Shown here piece by piece: positions 15,291-16,416 of a stretch of 16,416 nt of DNA (positions within the stretch are counted from its first letter, which is position 1; each line of letters opens with the position of its first letter). The stretch comes from Promethearchaeota archaeon Loki_b32. Its GTDB lineage: Archaea > Asgardarchaeota > Lokiarchaeia > Sigyniarchaeales > SOKP01. The translations under genes and the position numbers were made by a program. The stretch is from contig NJBH01000055.1 of the NCBI GenBank assembly GCA_005223125.1, positions 1 through 16,416 on the forward strand. Direction: 5' to 3'. A model generated the notes under the pieces. That model made no database searches, was not told where the DNA came from, and saw only the letters and a program-made list of their open reading frames with translations.

Positions 15291-15821
15291 ATGAGAGAAG
15301 ATTTAGAACCCCTTACGAAAGAGGAATTATTAGATTATATCGAAGATCTCTCCAAAAACTGGCTTGCAATCGATGGTACTTGGTTTCAAGCTGTTGAGAA
15401 GGAATACGGTCTCGAAAAGGCTATAGAACTTGATGTTGAACAGTGGAAAAGATTTACTGTTATTGAAGCTAAACGAATAATGAATAGATTTAAAATTCCA
15501 GAAAATGGGGGAATCACTGCTTTAATGAAGGCTTTAACATTCAGATTATACGCAAATATAAATAAACAGGAAGTTCTCGAGGTTTCGGAAAATAGATGTG
15601 TATTCAGAATGAATGATTGTCGAGTACAATCTGCGAGAAAACACAGAGGGCTCCCAGACTTTCCCTGTAAACAAGTAGGTATACAAGAATATAGTTTATT
15701 TGCTAAAACAATAGATCCTCGTATAGAAACAAAGTGTATTGCGTGTCCTCCAGACAATCACCCTGATAATTACTGGTGTGCCTGGGAATTTACCCTAATG
15801 GATAATACAAATCTCGAATGA
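15291..15821 (+). CDS. DUF6125-like Cys-rich protein (possibly V4R-like ligand/metal-binding fold)
   Basis: DGTWFQAVE, CRVQSARKHRGLPDFPCK and CIACPPDNHPDNYWCAWEF match my recollection of this family. Not checked by search. Confidence 0.7.
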   Translation: MREDLEPLTKEELLDYIEDLSKNWLAIDGTWFQAVEKEYGLEKAIELDVEQWKRFTVIEAKRIMNRFKIPENGGITALMKALTFRLYANINKQEVLEVSENRCVFRMNDCRVQSARKHRGLPDFPCKQVGIQEYSLFAKTIDPRIETKCIACPPDNHPDNYWCAWEFTLMDNTNLE

Positions 15822-16000
15822 CGTTTTCATTAAATACGTAAAAAATGCTGTAAACTGTCTTAAAACTAGTGTTATATAAAGTTTAAAAAGTTAATTAACT
15901 TAAAACTACTATAATAAGCTTAAAATTTAAAAGATTTGAATATTTAACAAAAATATCAAGTATAATTAAAATTTAGAAAATAAAGAAAAATTGATGTTAA

Positions 16001-16416
16001 ATGTCTGAAGAAAATATTAGAGGCCAAATCAGTGCCAAAGAAGATGAAATAACAAGAATTGAAGAAGATGCATCTAAGAGAGAAGCATCTGCTGAGAAAG
16101 AAATTGAAGAAGAGTTTGATCCTAAAATTGAGGAAGCACAAGTAAAATTAGATGAAGAAGAAAAATTAAGGGATGAAGCTATTGAAAAAGCAGCAGAATG
16201 GACTGGTAAAAAGAAAGAAAAAATCGCTGCTGCTAAAGATGCGAATAAAATGCATAATACTTTAAAAAGTGATAAAGAGAAAGCATTAAATGGAAAATTG
16301 AAAGAAATCGAAAGTGAAAAGAAAGGTAAAATAAAAGAAATCCAAGGAGAAATTAAAGCTTTACAAAAACAAATAGCAGCTATAGAAAAAGCTAAAGCAA
16401 AAGAAGCTGCTGGAGA
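16001..16416 (+). CDS. Hypothetical coiled-coil protein, truncated at the window end (absent from the ORF track)
   Basis: Open frame from ATG 16001 to the window end: MSEENIRGQISAKEDEITRIEEDASKREASAEKEIEEEFDPKIEEAQVKLDEEEKLRDEAIEKAAEWTGKKKEKIAAAKDANKMHNTLKSDKEKALNGKLKEIESEKKGKIKEIQGEIKALQKQIAAIEKAKAKEAAG... Confidence 0.85.
   Translation, partial: MSEENIRGQISAKEDEITRIEEDASKREASAEKEIEEEFDPKIEEAQVKLDEEEKLRDEAIEKAAEWTGKKKEKIAAAKDANKMHNTLKSDKEKALNGKLKEIESEKKGKIKEIQGEIKALQKQIAAIEKAKAKEAAG

Noticed and set aside
997-16141. Other short ORFs in the track (997, 1267, 2087, 3781, 10601, 10926, 13490, 13990, 14427, 15386, 15956)
   Set aside because: All are antisense overlaps of well-supported genes, with no motif evidence.
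1-16416. CRISPR array, tRNA/rRNA (including tRNA-Sec), IS element or prophage
   Set aside because: No spaced repeats, cloverleaf, transposase or integrase motifs were seen, and intergenic gaps are short and AT-rich.

Overview
AT-rich, probably archaeal window, most likely Asgard (Lokiarchaeia-like). That placement is inferred from a eukaryote-type SECIS and a gelsolin-like domain, not from a marker gene. It holds a central-carbon cluster (fumarase C, FMN alpha-hydroxy-acid oxidoreductase, citrate synthase, aconitase A, a second short aconitase with an adjacent SAM methyltransferase), an M28/PA peptidase, a DUF6125-like protein and a truncated coiled-coil gene. Two things stand out. (1) The 108-aa ORF at 2818..3144 is only the C-terminal part of a 171-aa peroxiredoxin-like selenoprotein (minus strand, 3333..2818). 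It has an in-frame TGA in a W-U-x-x-C motif and a eukaryote-type SECIS just after its stop codon. (2) A tandem paralogous gene pair (9676..12315) is built from shared ~60-aa helical repeats, and the first gene carries an N-terminal gelsolin-like domain, so the pair is a candidate actin-associated two-protein system.
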